A stretch of DNA of 64,000 nucleotides from positions 141,226 through 205,225 of the forward strand of contig CALXZL010000002.1 in NCBI GenBank assembly GCA_944393215.1, written 5' to 3'. The translations under genes were made by a program, and so were the position numbers. Below are positions 1-9,174 of the stretch, piece by piece. This stretch comes from an uncultured Alphaproteobacteria bacterium (lineage in GTDB: Bacteria > Pseudomonadota > Alphaproteobacteria > RF32 > CAG-239). How positions within the stretch are numbered: position 1 is the stretch's first letter; the number at the start of each line of letters is the position of its first letter. The notes beneath the pieces were generated by a model. That model was not told where the DNA came from and made no database searches. It was given only the letters and a program-made list of their open reading frames with translations.

Positions 1-66
1 GGATAAAATCCGGATCATAAACATCAAGGCATCTGGCTAAAAATTTTTCAGATACAGTATCCAACA
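1..66 (-). CDS. Partial CDS (N-terminus only; the gene continues past the left window edge); hypothetical protein
   Basis: The reverse complement of 1..66 reads ATG TTG GAT ACT GTA TCT GAA AAA TTT TTA GCC... (MLDTVSEKFLARCLDVYDPDF...) and stays open to the window edge. It lies downstream of the DUF262 genes on the same strand. Confidence 0.3.
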
Positions 67-214
67 TTTTGATAATACCACATTTTTATTTAAAAAAAAT
101 AAATTCTTTATAAGATTATGACTCAAAAAAATCATTTTTTAAATGGATATTCTATAGTAGCCTAATGAGAACACAAACAAATACTCAAGCATTTTAAGGA
201 TGTCTCTTTTTTTT

Positions 215-2464
215 TCACAATTGAATCAATCCTCGATTATGAAGAAATTTGCGCAAGAGTTCCACTCTGTTTTTATAATCCATTTTTTTAGCATGATCGT
301 AAAAACCATCCACGACAAAAGGTTCATTATCTTTATCATACAAAACGAAGGCATCATTTTTACAAACAAGATAACAATCTTTATAAATCAATCGCTGTCC
401 ATAATCATTCCGATCAAGATGATCCGAATCAACAATTTTCAAATAAGGTAAAAAAGTACTATGAGGAAACATGCGTGATCCTTCCAAAACCAGGTACAAA
501 AACGGATTTTCTTCCTGTTTTTCATTACTTAATTTTCCTTGTCCTCCGGAACGAAATTCCGGATATTTAACATAGTAATAACACCACTTATATTGGTTTT
601 CCATCTCGCACCGGTCCATAAAATCCTGCGCAATTTGACCTAAAGAATCATTAGTAAACGGACCTTTTTTGAGAAGTTCTACTAAAATTCTATGTGTATC
701 TTCAAAACCGGTATTGGCACTTTTGTGAAATAATGAATTCCATGCAGAATCATTTTTGGGCGTTCCGATCTGATATCTACCGTTTGCTTCTTTCTGCCCA
801 TAAAAATCAATCGACATCAAAGCACAACTTATTTTATCCAAATCACACTTAAACAAGGAAATAAAATTATCGGCAAGATCCAAATTATCTAAACCAACAA
901 TACTAACCTGCCCCTTCAAACGCGGATGATCCTCCAACTTATATAAATTTTCTTGCAACTCGGGCTTTTCAGACAAAAGTTTTATTTTTGCTTTTTCTTC
1001 CTCAATCTGATGCGTATTAAAACCGTTTTTCGAATTCGGAAGATTATCCAAATTTCCGAACCGAATAATATAATTAACTTGTTTTAAGATAGCAGGAATA
1101 CGGCTTCTGTTGCGTCTTTCTGCCAATTCATCATCCGAATTGGAAATCAAATTATGAACAATACGAATTCGGCGAACAAAATCATCATATGTAATTTTAT
1201 CTTTATGCATCAAATAAAAAACAATAGCATATAAAAGCACCATCCTATTCAACGGAAATTGGCGCACATTTCCATTCGTCGGAGAAAAAGAGAACAAACA
1301 ATCTTCAAAAATATCAATTTTACCGGAAACAACAATTTTTTGACCATTAGTCTCATAGTTTCCCTTATCAGAAGAAATGTTGGTCATAAAAGAATTTAAA
1401 AATTCTTTAGGCGTTTGCTTATTATCCAACTCCCGCCAAACATCAAAACTATTTTCTAAAAAGAGAAGATTTTGTTTTGCAGATGCACAATCTTTAGAAA
1501 AATAGGATGAAATAAGGGTAAAATCATCGGCATCTGCTTTTCTCTGACCATATCTTTTGTAACCGATAATATCACAAATAAAACGAAAATAATTCAAAAA
1601 CAAATCATCAATAAGCCCTTTAAATTTTCCTTGCTCATCAATACAATATTTCCATAAAAGATCAGTCCAGTCTCCATCTATTTTTTTTATAATGTTTTCG
1701 GAAATTCTTTGATTATTTTCTTTATTTGTTTTTTGATCAACTTCCTTCAACTGACGTTCAAACTCGGCTTTAAATTGCTCAAAGTTGGTCAAAGGTTTGC
1801 CACGAGAGTTCATTTTAATGTAAAGATCATCGGTCAATCCCATTTTCTTCATGGGTAAGAAATAAAAGCTTATGTTTTTTAATTTTTCCCATAAACCGAA
1901 AACTTCTGCAAAGCGTTCATGAATAGCTTCCAACATCGTCAACATTGAGCTGATGGTCGGATCACTGTGCCAAGTTTTGTAAAACCAAGGTTGATCAATA
2001 ACGGCAGATTTAATATCTTGGGAAGAATATGGCAGATGAGAAATTAAGTCAGCACAAAAACATTTGGAAGAATAACGCGTTTCATAAGTAAATTTAGATA
2101 AGAAATCTCTTTCCTCGGGCAGCTTGTTTTTTCCGCTTTCAAGAGCATAAGCATTAGCGGCATAACAATACAAAAGGAAAAGCGTTGTCAACCTTTGTTG
2201 TCCGTCAAGAGGAGTCAAAATACCTTCGGCATCTATGTCCCCATAAATAAAATCAAGGCAAATCGAAGATTCTGTTACTGTTACTGCCTTATATAAAGAT
2301 TCTAAAAAATGTTTACGAACATTGGTAACCGTAATATTATCGCGTCCTTGAGCATAATCTCTTTGAATTTGAGGAATAACAATTTTTTGAATTTTGAGCG
2401 GTTGATCATCATCCGAAAAATCAGTATTAAAAATGTCGGGAAAGGAAAGTAATAAAGCAGACAT
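215..2464 (-). CDS. DUF262 (ParB-like/GmrS-like) domain protein, 749 aa. The C-terminal half has no recognisable His-Me (DUF1524) motif.
   Basis: N-terminal motifs IPQIQRDYAQGR and LDGQQRLTTLFLL are the DUF262 hallmarks (I-P-x-x-QR-x-Y-x-W and DGQQR-L-T). It sits in tandem with a second DUF262 gene on the same strand. Confidence 0.7.
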   Translation of the reverse strand: MSALLLSFPDIFNTDFSDDDQPLKIQKIVIPQIQRDYAQGRDNITVTNVRKHFLESLYKAVTVTESSICLDFIYGDIDAEGILTPLDGQQRLTTLFLLYCYAANAYALESGKNKLPEERDFLSKFTYETRYSSKCFCADLISHLPYSSQDIKSAVIDQPWFYKTWHSDPTISSMLTMLEAIHERFAEVFGLWEKLKNISFYFLPMKKMGLTDDLYIKMNSRGKPLTNFEQFKAEFERQLKEVDQKTNKENNQRISENIIKKIDGDWTDLLWKYCIDEQGKFKGLIDDLFLNYFRFICDIIGYKRYGQRKADADDFTLISSYFSKDCASAKQNLLFLENSFDVWRELDNKQTPKEFLNSFMTNISSDKGNYETNGQKIVVSGKIDIFEDCLFSFSPTNGNVRQFPLNRMVLLYAIVFYLMHKDKITYDDFVRRIRIVHNLISNSDDELAERRNRSRIPAILKQVNYIIRFGNLDNLPNSKNGFNTHQIEEEKAKIKLLSEKPELQENLYKLEDHPRLKGQVSIVGLDNLDLADNFISLFKCDLDKISCALMSIDFYGQKEANGRYQIGTPKNDSAWNSLFHKSANTGFEDTHRILVELLKKGPFTNDSLGQIAQDFMDRCEMENQYKWCYYYVKYPEFRSGGQGKLSNEKQEENPFLYLVLEGSRMFPHSTFLPYLKIVDSDHLDRNDYGQRLIYKDCYLVCKNDAFVLYDKDNEPFVVDGFYDHAKKMDYKNRVELLRKFLHNRGLIQL

Positions 2465-2493
2465 CAGTTATTCTCCTGTGTAAGAAAAATCTT

Positions 2494-4338
2494 TTACTTC
2501 AAATAAGGTTTAAGGATTTTGTGCATGGCAACAATATAGGCTTTACGATCTTTTTCACCCCAAAAATGAATTTGAGTATCTTTTGCCGGAGTATAAGATT
2601 TCAAAAACACCATTTGCGTACAAAACGGAATATAATTTCCCTCTCGAATTAATTTAATAACAATATTTCGCTTAACATCAAAAGCCGCATTATTAAGGGC
2701 GGCATTGTCGGCAACATTTAAAAGTGCCATGTTAGCAAGAGAGTGCATATTTTCCATCTTTCCCGGTCCGTTTAAAATATTAACAACCTTCGTTCTGATT
2801 TCCTCAAATTCAACTCCGGATAACTTCGGATTTTCAACAGCTTTTTTCATACGCTCAATCAATTCAACATTTTTAGGCGCGACCGTTTTAATAGAGAGAA
2901 TATGCTCGCTCACCCAAGAATGCCAAGCCTTAATATCGACCAAGCCTTTAGAATGTTGGGCATGAATATGCTCCAAACTCCAAACCACTTTATTTTTTTT
3001 GTTAAATTTAAATTTATCAAACGGAAATCTTTGCGATTGTTCTGCCAATTTGCGAACGGATTCAACATTAAATAACAAAAGCAAGCGTATGATTTTTTTA
3101 CAATCTTCGATTTTTTCATAGCTCAGCTCGGCATAATCTTGAAGAGTGTTAGGATCATTTTGAGTAATACGAATACTTTTTTTAATGGCATCATTTAGCT
3201 TAGATAAAAACTCCTTTTTGGTTTTATCTTTTGCCAATTTAAAAATATCTTGCAAGGATTTCTCTTGAGTATAAATGAGATAACCTATTTTATGATACAG
3301 TTCATGATCTTCATACCAATCTTTAAGCATCCAAAAAGCATTCTGAATTTCCAACCACAGCTTTGCCAAAGAGCAGGTGTGGCTATCAAATTTAAAAAAT
3401 GTAAAATATTTATCTCTTTCGTTAGGTTTCTTTTCGGCAATCAAATCCAAAAGCAATTCAATTTTGGTAGAATAATTGCTGCTGCAAGAATTAGATAAAA
3501 AATACCAAAAAGATTCATTATGCAGCTCTTGCTCAATCATATCCCATTGCAGCGCAATTTCTTGTTTGGTCAAATCGGGCAACGAATTTTTCCGTTCACC
3601 GGAATAAAGCTCATGCGATTTACTCAAAAACATAGCCTTAACCAGCTCGGCAGAGGTAAGCGGAATTTTTCCGATATTCAAGCGAGCGAACAAAGATATG
3701 GGATCCTCATTTTGGTCAACTTCATACCAAATAACCTGAACATAGTTTTCAAAATATGTCTTGAGCGTCTGCGGATCACGATCATATTTTTCATCAGCAA
3801 ACCAACCTTTAATCGCATCATAGGCTCGCTTCATAAAATAAAAATCGATATTTTCAGTATATTTTGTATCATTACTCTGATCAATCTCTTCAAGAAATTC
3901 TTGAGATTTATCTCTGGTTTCATACGCAATGGAAAAAAGCGGATGAGGAGAAAAAGGAAGAACTCTGTTCAAATATTTATAAATCAGGAAAATGGTTGTC
4001 AAACGCTGTTGTCCGTCAACCACTTCTAACAACTTGTCTTCTTTTCTTTTAACGACAATCGGCTGCAAACAATAACTATTTTCACCGTTTTGATAAACGT
4101 CATTAAGCAAGCGAATAACATCATCTTCCCCCCATCGATATCCGCGCTGATAGGAAGGAATAAAAAATTTCCCCTTAATTTCAGCAACTTTTATTGTATC
4201 CAAAACAATATTATGAGTAAACATCTTAACCATCCCAAACCAAGAAATAAGAATTATAATATGGACAAATATCACAAACTTCAAGGGCAAAATTCTAAGC
4301 CGTTTGAAGCGTTGCAAGCAAAGGTTCTTTTTTGGCAC
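2494..4338 (-). CDS. GmrSD-family protein (N-terminal DUF262 plus C-terminal DUF1524 His-Me finger nuclease); putative modification-dependent type IV restriction enzyme. The true start is probably the internal Met near 4233 (MVKMFTHN...).
   Basis: IPSYQRGYRWGEDDV and VVDGQQRLTTIFLI give the DUF262 domain. The C-terminal KVVWSLEHIHAQHS followed by conserved Asn residues (LLNVADNAALNNAAF) gives the DUF1524/HNH-like motif. Confidence 0.75.
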   Translation of the reverse strand: MPKKNLCLQRFKRLRILPLKFVIFVHIIILISWFGMVKMFTHNIVLDTIKVAEIKGKFFIPSYQRGYRWGEDDVIRLLNDVYQNGENSYCLQPIVVKRKEDKLLEVVDGQQRLTTIFLIYKYLNRVLPFSPHPLFSIAYETRDKSQEFLEEIDQSNDTKYTENIDFYFMKRAYDAIKGWFADEKYDRDPQTLKTYFENYVQVIWYEVDQNEDPISLFARLNIGKIPLTSAELVKAMFLSKSHELYSGERKNSLPDLTKQEIALQWDMIEQELHNESFWYFLSNSCSSNYSTKIELLLDLIAEKKPNERDKYFTFFKFDSHTCSLAKLWLEIQNAFWMLKDWYEDHELYHKIGYLIYTQEKSLQDIFKLAKDKTKKEFLSKLNDAIKKSIRITQNDPNTLQDYAELSYEKIEDCKKIIRLLLLFNVESVRKLAEQSQRFPFDKFKFNKKNKVVWSLEHIHAQHSKGLVDIKAWHSWVSEHILSIKTVAPKNVELIERMKKAVENPKLSGVEFEEIRTKVVNILNGPGKMENMHSLANMALLNVADNAALNNAAFDVKRNIVIKLIREGNYIPFCTQMVFLKSYTPAKDTQIHFWGEKDRKAYIVAMHKILKPYLK

Positions 4339-5182
4339 ATAAATCCAAAACCGTTTGCCCGTACCGGTTTTTTAACTTAACATCCGCTCCAAATTTTATC
4401 ATCTGGCGGATAATTTTGGCGGCGGCATCCAGATCCGGCTTCTGGAACAATATTTTTCCAAAGCCGGAATTGCTTCCGACAGGAAAATCTTTGGCATAAG
4501 TCTGACAAAAATACATCAAGGCGGTATTTCCGATATAGTCCTGACGATTTATATCTAGCCCATGTTGAATAAAAAGCCGGAAACAATCATCAATATAATC
4601 CTGATTCCAATCACCGGAACAACTAAGCATTTTCGGATTAAGAATAAAAGCCACAAAAAGAGGATAAACATCCGAAGCCGTCATCACACAGCTTTTAACA
4701 TAATCCGGTTTTGCAGAAAAGCGACAAATCATTTCGACGGCTGTTATGCCGTTATTATCGGGAAGATTTGGATTCGCACCATATTTTAAACACACGGGAA
4801 TAATGTCATAATTAAACCGATTATAAGCAGCATAATGCAATATATTGTGCCCGTAATTATCCTTTGCCAGAATATCACTGCCGTTGCTCAACAAAGTTTG
4901 CAACATTTGTTCAAAAGCATCCGGTGTTGCCGGAGAACGTCCGAGAGCAATCAAAGCCGTTTCCCCGTCTCTGCCTTGTTTCCGGACATCCGCACCATGA
5001 TCAATCAAAAAACGCACCACGGCAGGATCTTTATTAAAACGGCAAGCAGAAATCAAAGACGTTGAACCGTCGGAACCAATCTCATTAACATCTACCCCTT
5101 CCGATAACAATTCAATCAAATCCTTTGTGCCTTTTTTCATAGAGCAACAACGTATAAACGTAACGATTTTTGGTTCCGACAT
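4295..5182 (-). CDS. Ankyrin-repeat protein, 295 aa, with at least 4 ANK repeats
   Basis: Repeated G-(A/S)-D/N-V/P-N...DG.T.L..A motifs: GVDVNEIGSDGSTSLISAC, HGADVRKQGRDGETALIAL, YGANPNLPDNNGITAVEMI, FGADVKLKNRYGQTVLDLC. It is on the same strand as the DUF262 genes and 62 bp upstream of them. Confidence 0.8.
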   Translation of the reverse strand: MSEPKIVTFIRCCSMKKGTKDLIELLSEGVDVNEIGSDGSTSLISACRFNKDPAVVRFLIDHGADVRKQGRDGETALIALGRSPATPDAFEQMLQTLLSNGSDILAKDNYGHNILHYAAYNRFNYDIIPVCLKYGANPNLPDNNGITAVEMICRFSAKPDYVKSCVMTASDVYPLFVAFILNPKMLSCSGDWNQDYIDDCFRLFIQHGLDINRQDYIGNTALMYFCQTYAKDFPVGSNSGFGKILFQKPDLDAAAKIIRQMIKFGADVKLKNRYGQTVLDLCAKKEPLLATLQTA

Positions 5183-5197
5183 AATTCCGCCTCCTTA

Positions 5198-5329
5198 TTT
5201 CATCACTGGTTCATAAAGAGCCGGACCGAGTTCTTTTTGCATTACTTTTATGGCATCAAGAGCATCTCTCATGGTGCGATAAGGTGTTGGTAAAATTGTA
5301 CCGTTTATTTTCACATACCAGAACATGTT
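5198..5329 (-). CDS. Small hypothetical protein of about 43 aa (MFWYVKINGTILPTPYRTMRDALDAIKVMQKELGPALYEPVMK)
   Basis: A GGAGG Shine-Dalgarno sits 8 nt upstream of the internal ATG. The ORF ends 13 bp before the ankyrin gene start. The longer 73-aa ORF in the track lacks an RBS. Confidence 0.3.
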
Positions 5330-5555
5330 TATATTCCTCCAAAAGTTAAACAAAAAAAGCAGACATACAAAGAACGACAACGACAAGAGAACTGATTTTT
5401 TTTGCAACAACGTCATTAAGTTGAATAGCGGAATCGACTCTTTCTAATATCGTTTTTGTGATAATATAATATTCACACATTTTTTATATTGTCAAGGATT
5501 ATTTTTTTTAAAAATTTTGTAGTAAAAATCGTTATATTCAATAGAAATAAACGTT

Positions 5556-5590
5556 GACTTATTTCCAAAGTAAATTATATTAAACATATT
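5556..5590 (+). promoter_or_regulatory. Putative sigma70-type promoter (TTGACT, 16-nt spacer, TATATT) followed by an AAGGAG RBS for the 5606 operon
   Basis: ttgacttatttccaaagtaaattatatt is read directly from the sequence 20-50 nt upstream of ATG 5606. The region diverges from the ankyrin/DUF262 operon. Confidence 0.35.
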
Positions 5591-5605
5591 AACAAAGGAG
5601 AAAAG

Positions 5606-6628
5606 ATGAACAAAATTAGAGAAAACTGGTGCAATTTCATCCTCAATGAAGGTATTATTCCGGCAAACTTAACCCGTAAATTAAAAGATTATTCCAATAC
5701 TCAAAACACCTTTTGTGTTTTGCTGGCAGACCTTCTGAAAAATCAAGAAAACGCCGATCTGAACAAATACTCTCTCCTCCCGGAAAAAGAAATTATCAAA
5801 AAATCTTTTAAAACCGATACCGAATTAATGAATTGGCTCAAATCTGTGAAGGAACTGCTGTCTGTCATCCAAACTTATGCCGACAAAGAAGCCCCCTTCA
5901 CAGAAATTGTTGATGAAGCTTGCCGAAGCTTTATCAAAGTTTGTAACTTGGTTTCAGATGATGTCAAACAACGCTATCTTGACACATCAGATAACAAATA
6001 TCTTTACTCCCCGAAGGAAGGAACAGATATCAAGCAAGAATTCAAAATCTATCTCAACGCCCAAAATTACAGCCCCAACACCATAAACAGCTATACCAGC
6101 GCCATCAATCAAATAAGCACTCTGCCAAACATTGAATATGATTTATGGGAGATAGCCGATTCTGATGAAATGACGCGATTAATTAATCTTTTAAACGCCA
6201 ATCCCAACAATTTATATGATTCGTTTAAGGAAAAAGATTCTCTGAGCCGAAACATATTTTCCAATTCTCTCAAAAGATATGCCGAATTTTTAAAAGCCAA
6301 AAAATTGAATCGTCCTTATAAAACAGAAAAAAAGCCGGAGAAAAAAATCGGAGAATATGTCCAAAACGAATTTTGCTACATTTTACAAAGCAACAAAATC
6401 TCTGAATATGAAATTCAACGCCTGATGGATATGAATTACTGCAAACAAATTTTCAAAACCAGAGGACAACAATATCCGATATTGGCAACGGAAGAACGCG
6501 CCCGAGACCGATACTATAAACAACCGCTCAAAATCAGAAACAAAATTTACTATATTTCTTCTCAATGGTATGATGACCAACTACCCTACTTAAAGACATG
6601 GCTCAAAGATCATGGTATCGTCATATAA
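5606..6628 (+). CDS. Hypothetical protein, 340 aa, with no recognisable domain. First gene of a two-gene operon with the UvrD-like helicase fusion.
   Basis: A strong RBS (AAGGAG) precedes the start. The stop codon TAA 6626-6628 lies inside the RBS of the downstream gene (ATG 6639), indicating translational coupling. Composition is Lys/Asn-rich with no P-loop. Confidence 0.6.
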   Translation: MNKIRENWCNFILNEGIIPANLTRKLKDYSNTQNTFCVLLADLLKNQENADLNKYSLLPEKEIIKKSFKTDTELMNWLKSVKELLSVIQTYADKEAPFTEIVDEACRSFIKVCNLVSDDVKQRYLDTSDNKYLYSPKEGTDIKQEFKIYLNAQNYSPNTINSYTSAINQISTLPNIEYDLWEIADSDEMTRLINLLNANPNNLYDSFKEKDSLSRNIFSNSLKRYAEFLKAKKLNRPYKTEKKPEKKIGEYVQNEFCYILQSNKISEYEIQRLMDMNYCKQIFKTRGQQYPILATEERARDRYYKQPLKIRNKIYYISSQWYDDQLPYLKTWLKDHGIVI

Positions 6629-6638
6629 GGATAATAAT

Positions 6639-9068
6639 ATGGTAGAATATTCACGTGAACAACTTTGGAAATTAATCAAAGACTTTGTCAAAGACTCTTG
6701 TTGGAAATATTACGGTTCCGTAACCGATTTAAAACAACATATATTTTACAAATCAACAAGCTTATTTGGCTCATATAACAAATTTAAGGATGATACAACC
6801 ACGTGGCTATGCTTTACCGGACATGGACAAGAAATTAAAAACGGTATCTATATCAGCATTTATATAAACAGACATCGTAACGGGAACCAATTTATTTTAG
6901 ATAACATCGAACTGTGTTATGCCTCCTCGGAAAAAATACAATCTGATCTTTGCTGGAATAAAGATAATCTCCCCAAAACCAAATCAACCAATTTTCCGCA
7001 ATCACATTGTGCGGCAACATACACAAAAAAAGAAATTGAGAGTGATATATGCAAGGAAAAATTTTTAAATAAACTTGACTTCATGATCAAAGAATATAAA
7101 GAAATTTTCACACCCAAAGAAGCAGATACAATTTACAAACCCGGAGATATCAAAATTGATAAAATTGCGTCGAATAAATGCATGACTTGGGTAGAAGGCA
7201 AACTGGGTAAAGAATTGACGGCACAACAAAAAAAAGTTGTTGGCTTAGATTATGATAAAGAAAAAATAAATGCCGCATTGGTAATTGCCAGTGCCGGATG
7301 CGGCAAAAGCACAACTTTACTTGGACACACCTTACACTTAATTGCCAAAGAAAAAATCAAACACTCCGACGATATATTGCTCGTTGTTTTCAATAAAAAA
7401 AATCGACAAGAACTACAAGAAAAAGTAAACGGCTACGGCTTTGAACATCTCGGAGCTGCAATACACACCTTTCATAGCCTTGGATTAAGTATAATTCAAA
7501 CCCAAAATCCGGAGATAAATTCCATAGATCCGGGAGATTCTGAAAATCCATTTAACAAAGTTCTCTCTCAATATACCGACAGCAACACCAAAAAAGGCGG
7601 AGATGACTGGATAAAAAACCTCTGGCGTTTCGGTACGGATATTAATGCCCCTAAAAGATCTGAAGACATTTATCAAAATGAGCTTTCCGATGATAAACTG
7701 AGAGAAAAAATTTGTCTTTTGGAAAACGCCGGATATCCTATCGGATACAAGAATCAAGAAGAAGACATTACCAAACTCCGATTACAAAATTTTTGCACTT
7801 TATACGGGATAGAGCCCACCATACAACTCCACCCCTATCCATGTTTTAAGATTCAGAATAAAATAAAAATATATTGGTCAATAAAACCGATAAATTTAAA
7901 AGAAAATGATATTTTCATCAAAGAATTCACACCAAACACAATGACCGAGCTTCGAGAGAAATTAGAGGCAAAAAATATGAGCTTGAACCCCATATCGGAA
8001 AATACGCTCAAAAGTGCCATAACAACAAGCATACTCCGTGCCAGAGGTGATATTTTCAAAAGAACGGCACAGTTTTTCATAACTGTTTTCAAAATAAAAT
8101 ATCCGAACGGGGATCAAACAAAATTAGAAGATATCAGAAAAGAACTATTGCAGAAATATACCGATACATTGCAACAAAACCATATTAATGCATTTTTTGA
8201 TCTGCTAATTCCCATATATACCGATTATCAAAATGAGTTGAGAGATAATTGCCAAATAGATTTTAATGATATGCTTAATTTAGCCATAAAATATATAAAA
8301 GAAGGAACCGTCACCAGAAAATATAAATATATTTTGGTCGATGAATTTCAAGATGTTGCAAAAGACAATTTTGAGCTGTTGCAAGCCCTGCAAGAAAAGA
8401 CCGGAGCCAAACTGATGTGCGTGGGAGATGACTGGCAGTCCATATATGCATGGAGAGGCAGTGATTTAGAATATTTTGAGAATTTTAAGAAATATTTTCC
8501 GAACTCAAAAAAACTATTCATTACCGAAACCTTCAGAAACGGAGAACGCCTTGTTAAAACCGCAGCCGAATTTGTCAGACAAGATAAAGAATTAAACGAC
8601 AAACAACCAAGTTCCAATCAACCGGAAACCTTGTTGATTCCGTTTTATTATAATTCTCGTAACATAAAAAAACAGTGGGAAAAACTAAAAGAAGACATTA
8701 ACACAAAATATCCGCAGAAGGAAATTGCATTTTTAGGCAGATACCACGCAGATAATAATATATCGGGCACTCAAATACCTTCCGAACATTTTATAACAAT
8801 GCACAAATCGAAAGGGCTGGAAAAAGATGTGATTGTTATTCTCAATTTAAAAAATACACCTCCCTACGGTTTTCCGAGTTCCGTCAAAGGAGATATTGTT
8901 TTAGAGACCTTATATGAAAACAGAGAAGAAAAAGCCCAAGCCGAAGAAAGAAGACTATTTTATGTGGCATTAACCAGAGCAAGAAATGCATGTTATTTAT
9001 GGATTCCGGAAAATAACACCTCCGAATTTGTACAAGAAATAATGGAAATTTACAAAAAAACAAATTAA
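6639..9068 (+). CDS. UvrD/REP-type SF1 helicase fused to an unknown N-terminal domain of about 210 aa. The ORF track gives 6612..9068; the start at 6639 has the RBS.
   Basis: Walker A ALVIASAGCGKSTTLL, motif II YILVDEFQDV, motif III MCVGDDWQSIYAWRGSD, and the C-terminal MHKSKGLEKDVIVIL and YVALTRARNACYLW are canonical UvrD-family motifs. The N-terminal region (MVEYSREQLWK...FTGHGQEIKNG...) matches nothing I recognise, but a D...ExK pattern (KDD...QEIK) is compatible with a PD-(D/E)xK or NERD-like nuclease fold. Confidence 0.8.
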   Translation: MVEYSREQLWKLIKDFVKDSCWKYYGSVTDLKQHIFYKSTSLFGSYNKFKDDTTTWLCFTGHGQEIKNGIYISIYINRHRNGNQFILDNIELCYASSEKIQSDLCWNKDNLPKTKSTNFPQSHCAATYTKKEIESDICKEKFLNKLDFMIKEYKEIFTPKEADTIYKPGDIKIDKIASNKCMTWVEGKLGKELTAQQKKVVGLDYDKEKINAALVIASAGCGKSTTLLGHTLHLIAKEKIKHSDDILLVVFNKKNRQELQEKVNGYGFEHLGAAIHTFHSLGLSIIQTQNPEINSIDPGDSENPFNKVLSQYTDSNTKKGGDDWIKNLWRFGTDINAPKRSEDIYQNELSDDKLREKICLLENAGYPIGYKNQEEDITKLRLQNFCTLYGIEPTIQLHPYPCFKIQNKIKIYWSIKPINLKENDIFIKEFTPNTMTELREKLEAKNMSLNPISENTLKSAITTSILRARGDIFKRTAQFFITVFKIKYPNGDQTKLEDIRKELLQKYTDTLQQNHINAFFDLLIPIYTDYQNELRDNCQIDFNDMLNLAIKYIKEGTVTRKYKYILVDEFQDVAKDNFELLQALQEKTGAKLMCVGDDWQSIYAWRGSDLEYFENFKKYFPNSKKLFITETFRNGERLVKTAAEFVRQDKELNDKQPSSNQPETLLIPFYYNSRNIKKQWEKLKEDINTKYPQKEIAFLGRYHADNNISGTQIPSEHFITMHKSKGLEKDVIVILNLKNTPPYGFPSSVKGDIVLETLYENREEKAQAEERRLFYVALTRARNACYLWIPENNTSEFVQEIMEIYKKTN

Positions 9069-9140
9069 CACTGTGAGATTTTCTTGCTCCGCAAATTTTA
9101 CAGGCTGGTTGCCGACAAACAAACAGAAGCCCTCCACAAA

Positions 9141-9174
9141 AAAAATCCCTTCCGCTTTGGAAAGGGATTTTTTA
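9141..9174. terminator. Bidirectional rho-independent terminator between the helicase operon and the tRNA
   Basis: The hairpin tcccttcc-gctt-tggaaaggga is flanked by an A-run on one side and a T-run on the other. Confidence 0.6.

Noticed and set aside
200-451. An 83-aa plus-strand ORF at the 3' end of the 749-aa DUF262 gene
   Set aside because: It overlaps the minus-strand CDS and has no RBS. Its Ile/Phe-rich product is typical of a spurious frame.
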